DNA of 44,039 nucleotides, taken from Octopus bimaculoides. Its lineage: Eukaryota. How positions within the stretch are numbered: position 1 is the stretch's first letter; each line of letters begins with the position of its first letter. Location of the stretch: contig NC_068982.1 in NCBI RefSeq assembly GCF_001194135.2, forward strand, positions 172,431,561 through 172,475,599, written 5' to 3'. Positions 1 through 10,542 of the stretch are shown here, piece after piece. Under the pieces are notes generated by a model. It did no database searches. It saw nothing but the letters and a program-made list of their open reading frames with translations, and was not told the origin of the DNA. Position numbers and translations under genes: made by a program.

Positions 1-19
1 ATATATATATATATATACA

Positions 20-1931
20 CTAGCAGAGACATCCGGCGTTGCTCGGGATTAAAATGGCATAGTTTGTATATAATATGTAACAGTTGTGTTGAAACAGGTG
101 ATATGGGAAAGTGCTGCATTGACAACAAAACATTTGTGGAGTAAATGATGGGCTAATTCGATTAAGCAACATGCTATGCGTCTGTTTGGAGTATTTCAGG
201 CCCTAACCTGTGGGGGTTATGTGATTTATGAGCGCACCGAGAAGCTGTCAGCGTATATAGTCTCTTTTGCAGCAGTCGGCGCTGTATCTAACACGACCCA
301 TCATCTGAAATGTTGACACCTCCTTCGAGTTTAGTGTCTACATCACTCATAAAGTAAATTTGGAGGAACTGTGGTTGTTCATTTGTGGGTAACAGGGAAC
401 CAATGAGGTGCCCTTGAACTTTGACGTTGTCGTAAATTCATGTTTATATATCTTCTTAGATGCACCAAACGATGTTATTTGCAGAGTTGTATTGTCTGTT
501 ATTGTGCAGAAAATCCCTTAACTGGATGGAAATGCCTTCTAGAAGATCCATAAGAGGTTGAGAAAGAACTGGTAGTGCTGGCAATGTTACCTGATCGCCT
601 GAGCAGAACATACCATTTGTTTCATTTGAAAATTTTAAAGTTCTACAGAAAAGACAATTTGTGTTTAGCACACCAATTTGGACAGAGTTATCATTTTTAT
701 AAGAATGGGATGGATCATATCTGAAAACAGCTTCAAGAATTATGAAGAACGAATTTGTACGTAGTCTGTTACTGAGAGCTATTCTATTGGACTTCTATCT
801 AATAATTAAAACATTGATTTAATGATCCAGCATTTGCTGATCTTGAGAATATCTCATCTAGCTTCTCTCTTCAGCCTCTCGCCTTCGGTTTGCTACAATC
901 CTCCTTGCTTTATACTTGTTTCTGGAGAGATTACGTCTTTTCTTTGGTGGCATACTTTTCCCAATATTGTAAACAAAAAATTATGAGCATAGAATGAAAT
1001 ACATTAATCCCTATTTTTGTAAGTAGTTGTATTCGTAAAAATTTTATTTCAAGAGAGCAGAAATTGAAAGAAGATAAAGTGAAAAGAACAGAGAAAGAAA
1101 GTGAATGACGTATGTACGTCTATGTGAAATGGACGTGTGTGTGTGTGTGTGCGCGTGCGTGCGTGCTTGCGCGTGTGTATGTGAGAGAGAAAGTGGGTGA
1201 GAAAGAGAGATAGAGTGAATGAGTGAAGGTGTGTGTCGTGATGATTGACGTCTTTTAAGGTACACACACATATAGAAAATGTGACGTAATTGTATAAAAT
1301 TTTTACGATAATTGATTTATGGAAAACATTATGCTAAACTTTTGAAATGCAAATATGTGAATGAAAATTAATTTGTTTAATTTGTAGCCAAAATAGTACT
1401 GAATGTTTTGATACCCCATACGGCAAAATCTGTATCTCGGTTCTGGAAAGCATAAGGAATATATAATATCAATGAGGTAGACCTCTACATGGTAGCTAGA
1501 CCTGGTAGAAAGAGCAGCCAAATCTCCCTCAAAACACCCGACAACTCTACCTATTATGTAGTTTGAATGAGAAACTGTAACTAAAGATTAAGATTATTAA
1601 CCCCACAGAGCGAGGAAAGAAGAGAGACAGCATAGTGACGGTTTTGGCTGACTGTCATCCTGTACTCCCCTTGTTGCTAGCGAAATGGCATGTGCCGGCT
1701 GTGTGAGCAACTGGTTGTTTAAATGGCGGAACAAACAGGCCATTAAAGGTTATAAAAATAGCGATTCTCATTTAGAAACTAACGATTTTGAAAATCTTTT
1801 AAGATTATGGAACGCCCAAGTCTCTCATGTATCCATGTTTAAAATTTCAGCGCGATCGGATGAACAATACTCGAGTTATAAGCGCACAAACAGACAGACA
1901 GATTAGACAGAACGGATTTTATATATTAAGA
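20..1931 (-). mobile_element. Non-autonomous (internally deleted) Helitron with both termini
   Basis: Minus-strand 5' end TCTTAATATATAAAA (1931 downward) followed by a TCTG microsatellite. 3' end is an imperfect GC hairpin (33-47) then CTAG (23-20). Inserted between A(19) and T(1932) of a (TA)n tract with no TSD. Internal Rep-helicase N-terminal remnant. Confidence 0.88.
330..953 (-). pseudogene. Decayed N-terminal part of Helitron Rep/helicase ORF
   Basis: ATG at 953 gives MPPKKRRNLSRNKYKARR. Further segments are EAVFRYDPSHSY, CLFCRTLKFSNETNGMFCSGDQVTLPALP...FLHNNRQYNSA and HLIGSLLPTNEQPQFLQIYFMSD, all matching the typical Helitron N-terminal region from memory. Broken by stops and frameshifts; Rep catalytic and helicase motifs are absent. 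Confidence 0.85.
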
Positions 1932-1942
1932 TATATAGGTAT

Positions 1943-2010
1943 CTTTTATTTGTTTCAGTCATTCGACTGCGACCATGCTGTGGCACCGCCTTGAATAACT
2001 TTTAGTCCAA
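1943..2010 (-). mobile_element. SINE family A, 3' fragment
   Basis: tttgtttcagtcattcgactgcgaccatgctg is the reverse complement of the family A 3' end seen in about 15 other copies in the window. Confidence 0.75.
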
Positions 2011-2462
2011 TGTATCGACTAAAAATCTGTGTGAGTGTGTAAGTGAATGATATAACACAAGTGTGAATGCAAGTCTGCGAAAAAGGATCCGTTCTGGTAA
2101 ATATTCATCTATACTGTGTTTCAATGAGCTTATACTCAAGTTTCGGACATCCGCTTCATCGGGCGACAGGTAGCATCTTTATGTGGATTCTGCTCGCAAA
2201 AGGAAAATTTCATCTGTAAGGCAAGGCAACGATATTTCTACATCTCTCCTTAAAACATTGTGCCTGCTTTATAATCAAATACGAATACCATTGAAATAAA
2301 TGCATAAAATCATAAATTCTTAAGAAAATACGATATGAAGATGGAGAAGGCTACAAGGTATAGGTGATTAATGGGATTTAATAAGAGCAGGTGTTGCTCG
2401 AGATGGCAATGTTGTGATTGCAATGAAATTAATAAATCCTGCTTTCTGAATAAATTAGACAC

Positions 2463-2786
2463 AGGTGTGGTTGTGTTATTAAGAAGCTCGTTTTACAACA
2501 TCGTGGTTTTGGGTGTTCAATCCCACTGCGTGGTACCTTGTGTAAGTATCTTCTATGATAGGCTGCACTGACCAGTGCCTTGTGAGTGAATTTGGTAGAC
2601 GGAAACTGTATAGAAGCTCGTCGTAATTATATGCATGTGTTTGTATTTTGTCCCACCATCCTTTCCTAAATCATCGATCGACAACTGGTGTTGGTGTATT
2701 TACATCCCCGTCAATTAGTGGTTCAAAAATAAAGATTGAGAAAATAAGTACCAGACTTAAAATAAGTTGTGGGGTCGATTTGTTTA
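2463..2786 (+). mobile_element. SINE family A (tRNA-like head, CORE-like ccttgggcaagtgtctt segment, internal microsatellite), diverged
   Basis: Colinear similarity to copies at 8395, 16835 and 18352. Confidence 0.8.
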
Positions 2787-3136
2787 GGGTCCAGACAAAA
2801 CCCATCTAGGGCAAAACCCACCCAGAACAAAATCCCTCAATTATATTTTTTCTATTTCTGAACTTTAATTCCATTTAATACCCTTAAGATGAGAAGGAAA
2901 AATATAATTTATTACTGAAGTAATCATGAAAAATATTTTAATCTTTCCTTGTGTTGGTTTACTCCACAAGGATTGTTTTGTCTACCGAAATACTGTATTG
3001 CCCTTGTGTAGGTAAAAATATACTTAACTAAAGAAAACTAGTAGTGCAATGGAAGACCAATAATGCAACCAACCCCTATGGAAAGAATGCAGATAGGTAA
3101 GGATAAAGAAAAACACTGGCCTAGGTTCTTTTTTTT

Positions 3137-4123
3137 NNNNNNNNNNNNNNNNNNNNNNNNNNNNNNNNNNNNNNNNNNNNNNNNNNNNNNNNNNNNNNNN
3201 NNNNNNNNNNNNNNNNNNNNNNNNNNNNNNNNNNNNNNNNNNNNNNNNNNNNNNNNNNNNNNNNNNNNNNNNNNNNNNNNNNNNNNNNNNNNNNNNNNNN
3301 NNNNNNNNNNNNNNNNNNNNNNNNNNNNNNNNNNNNNNNNNNNNNNNNNNNNNNNNNNNNNNNNNNNNNNNNNNNNNNNNNNNNNNNNNNNNNNNNNNNN
3401 NNNNNNNNNNNNNNNNNNNNNNNNNNNNNNNNNNNNNNNNNNNNNNNNNNNNNNNNNNNNNNNNNNNNNNNNNNNNNNNNNNNNNNNNNNNNNNNNNNNN
3501 NNNNNNNNNNNNNNNNNNNNNNNNNNNNNNNNNNNNNNNNNNNNNNNNNNNNNNNNNNNNNNNNNNNNNNNNNNNNNNNNNNNNNNNNNNNNNNNNNNNN
3601 NNNNNNNNNNNNNNNNNNNNNNNNNNNNNNNNNNNNNNNNNNNNNNNNNNNNNNNNNNNNNNNNNNNNNNNNNNNNNNNNNNNNNNNNNNNNNNNNNNNN
3701 NNNNNNNNNNNNNNNNNNNNNNNNNNNNNNNNNNNNNNNNNNNNNNNNNNNNNNNNNNNNNNNNNNNNNNNNNNNNNNNNNNNNNNNNNNNNNNNNNNNN
3801 NNNNNNNNNNNNNNNNNNNNNNNNNNNNNNNNNNNNNNNNNNNNNNNNNNNNNNNNNNNNNNNNNNNNNNNNNNNNNNNNNNNNNNNNNNNNNNNNNNNN
3901 NNNNNNNNNNNNNNNNNNNNNNNNNNNNNNNNNNNNNNNNNNNNNNNNNNNNNNNNNNNNNNNNNNNNNNNNNNNNNNNNNNNNNNNNNNNNNNNNNNNN
4001 NNNNNNNNNNNNNNNNNNNNNNNNNNNNNNNNNNNNNNNNNNNNNNNNNNNNNNNNNNNNNNNNNNNNNNNNNNNNNNNNNNNNNNNNNNNNNNNNNNNN
4101 NNNNNNNNNNNNNNNNNNNNNNN
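3137..4123. other. Assembly gap (others at 7041-7487, 22715-22724, 24956-25020, 25998-26106, 28582-29042, 31722-31839, 34750-35359, 41237-41556, 42436-42783)
   Basis: Runs of N, nearly all flanked by microsatellites or homopolymers. Confidence 0.99.
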
Positions 4124-4202
4124 TTAATAAATTTAGATGGATAGTAAATGTCAGAACACTACAACTTAGAATTAAAGGACCTAATAATAAAACTTATATC
4201 TT

Positions 4203-4551
4203 TCACTTGTTTCACTCATTGGACTGCGGCCATGCTGAAGTACAACATATTGACGTCAAGGACATTTTTTCGTATATTCTTTTTGCTCGCTTTTTTTTTT
4301 TTTTGGCGGTCAAACACAGACAAACACACACAGGCAAACAACGCACACACTTACACACACACGCACGCACACACACACACACACACGCACACACACACAC
4401 ACAAACGCACACGCACGCGCATACATATATATAAATACACGACAGGCTTCTTTCATTTTCCGTCTACCAAATCCATTCACAAGGTTTTGGTCGCCCTAGA
4501 ACAGTATTAGAAGACACTTGCCCAAGATGTCACGCAGTGGGACTGAACCTG
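4203..4551 (-). mobile_element. SINE family A with expanded (CA)n core
   Basis: 3' end at 4203-4247, 5' part at 4440-4551 (ttccgtctaccaaatccattcacaagg...gtgggactgaacc). Confidence 0.8.
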
Positions 4552-4709
4552 GACGAGGTTCCTTATTTTATAGATTCTCATGTTGATTTTGTATTTGGCT
4601 ATCAGGATTCTTGTTGAGAGCTTGTGTGTTGAATGAAATTTTGTTGTACTTCGGGAAGGTCATTATATCAATAATAAACATACATACTGGTTGTTTCTTA
4701 CCTTTTTTC

Positions 4710-4759
<50 letters not shown>

Positions 4760-4760
4760 G

Positions 4761-4991
4761 AAGGCTGTGAGCTAGCAAAATTGTTAGCATGCTAGGTGAA
4801 ATGCTTAGAGGCATTTCGTCTGTCTTCACATTCTGGGTATAAATTCCGCCGAGGTCGACTTTGTCTTTCATCCTTTCGGAATCGATAAAATAAGTACCAA
4901 TTGAGTACTGGGGTCGATGTAATGGACTATCGCCTTCCCCAAAATTTCAAGCCTTGTGCCTATAGTAGAATTTATTATTATTATTATTATT
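4761..4991 (+). mobile_element. SINE family B (Meta-domain/Sauria-SINE-like core) with (ATT)n tail
   Basis: aaggc..gagctagcag..ttagca head and aggtcgactttg.ctttcatcctttcgg..tcgataaaataagtacc core; at least 12 copies in the window. Confidence 0.85.
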
Positions 4992-5153
4992 AAGGCGGTG
5001 AGCTAGCAGAATCGTTAGCACACCAAACTAAATGCTTAGCGGTATATCGCCCATCGCTGCGTTCTGAGTTCAAATTCCGACTAGGTCGACTTTGCCTTTC
5101 ATCCTTTCGGGAACGATTAAATAAGTACCAGTTACACACTTGGGTCGATGTAA
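4992..5153 (+). mobile_element. SINE family B, 3'-truncated, inserted in the tail of the previous copy
   Basis: Same head and core; breaks at gtcgatgtaat where the LINE fragment begins. Confidence 0.85.
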
Positions 5154-5460
5154 TGCAGGACCGTCTCGTCGTCCTGCGTGCATCTCGGACATGCTCGACT
5201 GACAGCACTACCGTGCCTATAAAATTTATCTCGAACAAGCAAAGCTTCACAGTAGCACTGTCATGCCAGAGATTTTTGGAAATTATCCATCGGTCTCGTG
5301 CCGAAAGTTCTCCAGAAAAGAGCAGCTAGTTCATTTTCTTCAACGCCCAAGGTCTCCCCACTTTTCCTTCACTAATCCTCTATAAAAAGCTGAAGTGGAC
5401 GTTCCACCTATCGCAGTGTCCGATCGACTGAGGGCTCTGAGCGCTTGAAGACATTCCCCT
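5154..5460 (-). mobile_element. L1/Tx1-clade LINE ORF2 fragment (C-terminal zinc-binding region)
   Basis: With one frameshift and one stop it reads SAFYRGLVKE...LGVEENELAALFWRTFGTRPMDNFQKSLAW*CYCEALLVRDKFYRHGSAVSRACPRCTQDDETVLH. This is the CPRC..ETVxH motif of L1/Tx1 ORF2. Confidence 0.8.
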
Positions 5461-5487
5461 TTAATAATAATGATAATAATAATAATA

Positions 5488-5532
<45 letters not shown>

Positions 5533-6046
5533 GGAAGAGTTCTCATGTACATTGTTTTGTTTTGGTATAAAACGATGGGCTACAGCAAATGTTCTACTTA
5601 ATACCACAGATTTGCTTGTCAGTTGTTTGACCGTAACCAGTTGAGCATGTCCCTTGGTGGCTGACGATATGTGCATCTCTGATCACGAGCAGAAGTAGTG
5701 GGGGAGCATCATAGCCATGTGTTGAGAGGAAATCTTTGGGGTTTGAATAATTCACCTTTGGAAACATGGGTGTTTTGCTCAACATCCTTAAACAAACCTT
5801 ATTCAGGGACCTTTTGAGCGGGATGGGCTACTCGACTTGAAGAAAATTCTAACTGGACCCCACCAGCAAGGCCATGTGCTGTTTATCTTGATATGAGACC
5901 ACCATGTCGCGCACATATGGTTGTAATGCATGTGCCTGGTGTACCCTTATCAGAGGGTAGTCATGATGGGTATACTGGGCTTCGTATATTTTACCTCAGT
6001 GTCACTCTGATGGCATGCACTGCTCTCTCACTCAATAATAATAATA

Positions 6047-6105
<59 letters not shown>
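5533..6105 (+). mobile_element. Interspersed repeat ending in an (AAT)n tail, probably a non-LTR element 3' end
   Basis: 500 bp of non-coding sequence ending ...gcatgcactgctctctcactc then (AAT)n at 6034-6105; preceded by (ATT)n. Confidence 0.5.
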
Positions 6106-6108
<3 letters not shown>

Positions 6109-6177
6109 CAACAACAACGACGACGACGACATAAAAAATACCTTAGGAATGAGAACCCAGGTTCGAAATTTCCCCAA

Positions 6178-6223
6178 GACACCTGATAAAGGCTGGAGGA
6201 TATATCAGCCGAAACGTTGTGTT
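6178..6223 (+). ncRNA. Minimal type I hammerhead-ribozyme-like motif (Penelope pLTR type), G8 to A variant
   Basis: Stem I GACAC/GTGTT; core CTGATAA+A (consensus CTGANGA); stem II GGCTG/CAGCC; GAAA; palindromic stem III ACGT; GUU triplet. Confidence 0.6.
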
Positions 6224-6970
6224 AACAACAAACAAGAAGAGGACAAATATCCGTCAATTGTAAATAATGTAAATAATGTAAATGATAATAATATCATCTC
6301 AGATATCTATAGAGACCAATGTACATTAGAAACAATGCACAGGTGATATAAAACAAATAAACAAACAAAGATGCTGCCACAGACAAAGGAAAAAAAAAGA
6401 CTTCTCACACAGCAATGAATGGAAAAACATTGCAACCGATCATTAGCTCCTGAGCAGAAGGAGATTCACAGAACACCACCCGATCACACGCATATACGTA
6501 TAGCGGGTGAGCCATTAAACGCAAGGGAAGTAATAAGATAAGGACGACTGACCAGAAGAAAACAAAATACAGATGTATTTTTTTAACTTTTTTTCTTTTA
6601 TGCATTTCAGCTCAAAAGCCATGGTGGGGGACAAAAAAGAAAAATAAGAATAATACAAAACCCAAAATGAGGGTGAAAGCCGCACGAAAACCCACAGAAA
6701 AAAAAAATGCAAATACCCAGCTACAACGAAAATATACTCCCGACTCCATGCATTTCAATAAACATAATGAAAACATACATTACATGAGAATAAGTAGAAT
6801 CAACAATGAGGAAAATCCAGCAAAGAAAAACAATAAAAGGAATGACTATGTAAAGATCAATAAACGCGGATGAAGGATAACACCTCGCTAAGCTATTTCT
6901 AAACAAACATCCCTGAGAAATAATAACTAAGTAAAAAAACCCGGGCCCTTCGAGAAAGTCCCCCGACATG

Positions 6971-7040
<70 letters not shown>

Positions 7041-7504
7041 NNNNNNNNNNNNNNNNNNNNNNNNNNNNNNNNNNNNNNNNNNNNNNNNNNNNNNNNNNNN
7101 NNNNNNNNNNNNNNNNNNNNNNNNNNNNNNNNNNNNNNNNNNNNNNNNNNNNNNNNNNNNNNNNNNNNNNNNNNNNNNNNNNNNNNNNNNNNNNNNNNNN
7201 NNNNNNNNNNNNNNNNNNNNNNNNNNNNNNNNNNNNNNNNNNNNNNNNNNNNNNNNNNNNNNNNNNNNNNNNNNNNNNNNNNNNNNNNNNNNNNNNNNNN
7301 NNNNNNNNNNNNNNNNNNNNNNNNNNNNNNNNNNNNNNNNNNNNNNNNNNNNNNNNNNNNNNNNNNNNNNNNNNNNNNNNNNNNNNNNNNNNNNNNNNNN
7401 NNNNNNNNNNNNNNNNNNNNNNNNNNNNNNNNNNNNNNNNNNNNNNNNNNNNNNNNNNNNNNNNNNNNNNNNNNNNNNNNNNNNNNNATATATATATATA
7501 TATA

Positions 7505-7660
7505 CGACGGGCTTCTTTCAGTTTCCGTCTACCAAATCCACTCACAAGGCTTTGGTCGGTCCGAGGCTATAGTAGAAGACATTCGCCCAAGGTGCCACGC
7601 AGTGGGACTGAACCCGGAACCATGTGGTTCGTAAGCAAGCTACTTACCACACAGCCACTC
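7505..7660 (-). mobile_element. SINE family A, 5' part (well preserved head)
   Basis: Reverse complement gagtggctgtgtggtaagtagcttgcttacgaaccacatggttccgggttcagtcccactgcgtggcaccttggg. Confidence 0.9.
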
Positions 7661-7666
7661 ACGTAG

Positions 7667-8067
7667 GCTGGCTGTGTGGTAATAAAAGTTGTTTCCCAAA
7701 TACATGGTTCGGTGTTTAGCCCCACTGTGTGATACATTGAGCAAATATTTACTACTACAGCCTCGGGCCGACCAAACCGTTGTGAGTGGATTTAGCAGAA
7801 AGAAACTTAAAGATGCTCATCGTATATAATATAAATAGTATATAGATGTATGCATATATACATACATTATATATATATGTATATATACATGCATATATGG
7901 GTACAGGACATAAAAAGAAAAAACGTAGGCTAAATGAGAAACGAGAACATAAAAAAACAAAAACAGAAAACGAACATTTTTTTTCGAACGAAAGAAACAG
8001 AGAAACAAGACAGGCAACATAAAGAACATTCTCTTCATCAATTGTCCCCTGCTTAATCTATTCCGCG

Positions 8068-8098
<31 letters not shown>

Positions 8099-8312
8099 CA
8101 TACATGTGTGAGCGCGCTCCCTACCACTGCTTGACAACCGGAGTTGGTGTGTTTACGTCCCGCAATTAGCAGTTCGGTATAGGGAAATAGATGGAATAAT
8201 TACCAGGCTTTAAAATGTAAGTACTGGAGTCGATTCATTCGATTAAATGTTCTTCTGAACGGTGCCCCAGCATGGCCATAGTCAAATGACTGAAAGAAGT
8301 AAAAGATAAAAG
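7667..8312 (+). mobile_element. SINE family A with family P repeat nested in its central microsatellite
   Basis: 5' part 7667-7830, insert about 7850-8070, 3' part 8105-8312. Confidence 0.8.
7850..8070. repeat. Unclassified repeat family P (other copies about 35445-35652, 39610-39760, 41005-41225, 42310-42435)
   Basis: Shared atatgggtacaggac...aaacg...cttcatcag segment in five copies, each bordered by TA-rich microsatellite. Confidence 0.7.
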
Positions 8313-8394
8313 ACATTAACAAAAACATAACAAAAAAAGAAAGAAAAATAATATACTGGGAAATAAAACAAAGATTAAAACAATTTATATAAGC

Positions 8395-8509
8395 AGGCGT
8401 GGCTGTGTGGTAAGTAGCTTGCTTCCCAACCACATGTTTCTAGGTTCAGTCCCACAGTGTGACACCTTGGACAAGGTAGATGAAAACTGAAAGAAGCCCA
8501 TTATATATG

Positions 8510-8562
<53 letters not shown>

Positions 8563-8745
8563 GGTGTTGGTGTGTTTATATCTCCGTAACTTAGCGGTTC
8601 GGAAAAGCGGCTGATAGAATAAGTACTTGGCTTTAAAAAAATAAGCCCTGTAGTCGATTTGTTCGACTAAAACACTTCAAGGTGATGCTCCAGCATGGCA
8701 GCTGTCAAATGATTGAAACAAAAAAAAAAAAGAATAAAAATGATA
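8395..8745 (+). mobile_element. SINE family A, near full length with (TA)n core
   Basis: Head at 8395, (TA)n at 8500-8560, 3' end cagcatggcagctgtcaaatgattgaaaca. Confidence 0.85.
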
Positions 8746-10347
8746 AGTACAAAAAAACTAAAATGTTATAAAAGCGTGTATATCTTATCATTTTCATTTG
8801 CCTCTTATTACTTGCATGGCTGGTTTCGTTCTACTTCTCTCGTTCCAGCATTTCTAAATTCAGTGACTTCGTGACAAACTGGTGATCAAATAATTATCAT
8901 AATTAAAAAAATAAAAACTTCCAAGCGCAATTTGCATGCAAAATTTAACAAAGCTATGTTTAAAAAGATATTCAGCAAAAAATATGCGCTACTTCATAAT
9001 GTAAAAGATCTCAACATCGCTATCAAAATACAGGACCAGATACTACAACAGCTTGAGTTTCAAGGGCCCACAGCTCTTCAATATCCTTCCAAAATGAAGG
9101 CGCATGGCTCACTCGTTGAGTGAAAACGCAGGCCATGCGTTGAGAGATATTTGGCTGCTAATTTCCAAAAGTGTGTACCTTACGAATAATTTTAAGAAAC
9201 AGCCTATAGTTTGTCATTTGCGTTTGTAACCATTGGTGGTCTGAGTCAGCAAATTTGGATATAGGTTCAGAGCTAGGATCATAAAGTGATGTGGAATAAA
9301 TGCAAAAGCAGGTTTAATATTAGTTGCAAAGCATTATTTCCTTGACCCACGAATCTAACAAAATAAAATAAGAGTATCACAAACATCAACTGTGAAATAT
9401 ACGAATATAAAATCCCCAAAATATTTGTTTATTCTCTGTAAACAAAGAATATATTCCCAGATATAGCTGAATGGATTCACATCCGTTGGGCAATATTAAA
9501 ATATTTAATACGAAAACTGAGAATGAATGGTTCAAACTAGTTGGTTCTTAAGTTTTTTTTATTTCGTGACGCGCTAGAGATCAAATTCTAAAAATCTGGC
9601 AAACTTCGTACGGAAATTTTATATATATATATAAAAAAAAAGCATATTTTAAAATTTGAAAAGAATATAGAAACTATTGTCCCTTCGATTTATTAATCGT
9701 TCTTGTGTATAACATAAAATAAGATAAATTTCGGATAGCATTTTTTCAACACTCAAATATTAGTATGAGTTTTCTAAAACCTTAAATTATAATTTTAAAA
9801 TACTGTGGTGCACTTAAACACCCAGCTTTCGAGGCACCAATGCGGAAGGGAGCAGCGTTTGAGAACAACTGATTTATGCATACTCCGAATACGGTGTGCG
9901 ATATATAACATGACAGTTTCACACTGAGGCATTTTTGTCAACATTGACAAGGAGATCAAAGTGCACCGCTTTGTCATCAAACCAGAAAATAATTAATAAA
10001 TGATAATAATAAAAAGCACCATGTACTTTGACAAACAGCTACGAATTCCACCGACGAAAACATTGCCCAGAAAGGAAGCCGAAAAGTTATCAAAAGGAAA
10101 GAAAAAAAACACGGAAACTAAGTAACTTAGATACTAGATAACAGAGTATCAATGAACAGTATTAATAGAATCCAAAAATGAATTGGACAACTGAGCGTGA
10201 TAAAATAAACTTTTAAATATAAGCAAAATCTTTATGAAAATAGCAGGACTAGAAACTCGACACCCAATCCGTAAAATAAGAACTACTATCTTTAATAGGG
10301 AACGCCAGACACTTCCAGCTTGAACTCACGCAACATAATCTTCAAAT

Positions 10348-10528
10348 CTTAGACAATAATTGGCTTGTGTCTTCACGTTCTGAGTTCAAATTCTGCCGAG
10401 TTTGACTTTGCCTTTCATCCTTTTGGGGGTCGATAAAATAAATACCAGTTGAATTTTGGGATCGATGTAATCGACTCACCCCTCCCCTCACCAAGATTGC
10501 TGGCCTTGCACCAAAATTTGAAACCAAT
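10348..10528 (+). mobile_element. SINE family B
   Basis: gttctgagttcaaattctgccgag...gggggtcgataaaataaatacc...ccaaaatttgaaacc. Confidence 0.8.
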
Positions 10529-10542
10529 GTTACTTTAGCTTG

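Noticed and set aside
3063-4127. ORFs over 200 aa spanning N runs (also 6721-7666, 28124-29323, 34454-35915, 41012-41695, 42137-42908)
   Set aside because: Their length comes from the gaps.
6515-6635. Perfect Kozak CCACCATGG on the minus strand (MAFELKCIKEKK...)
   Set aside because: Short low-complexity ORF with no donor site or homology.
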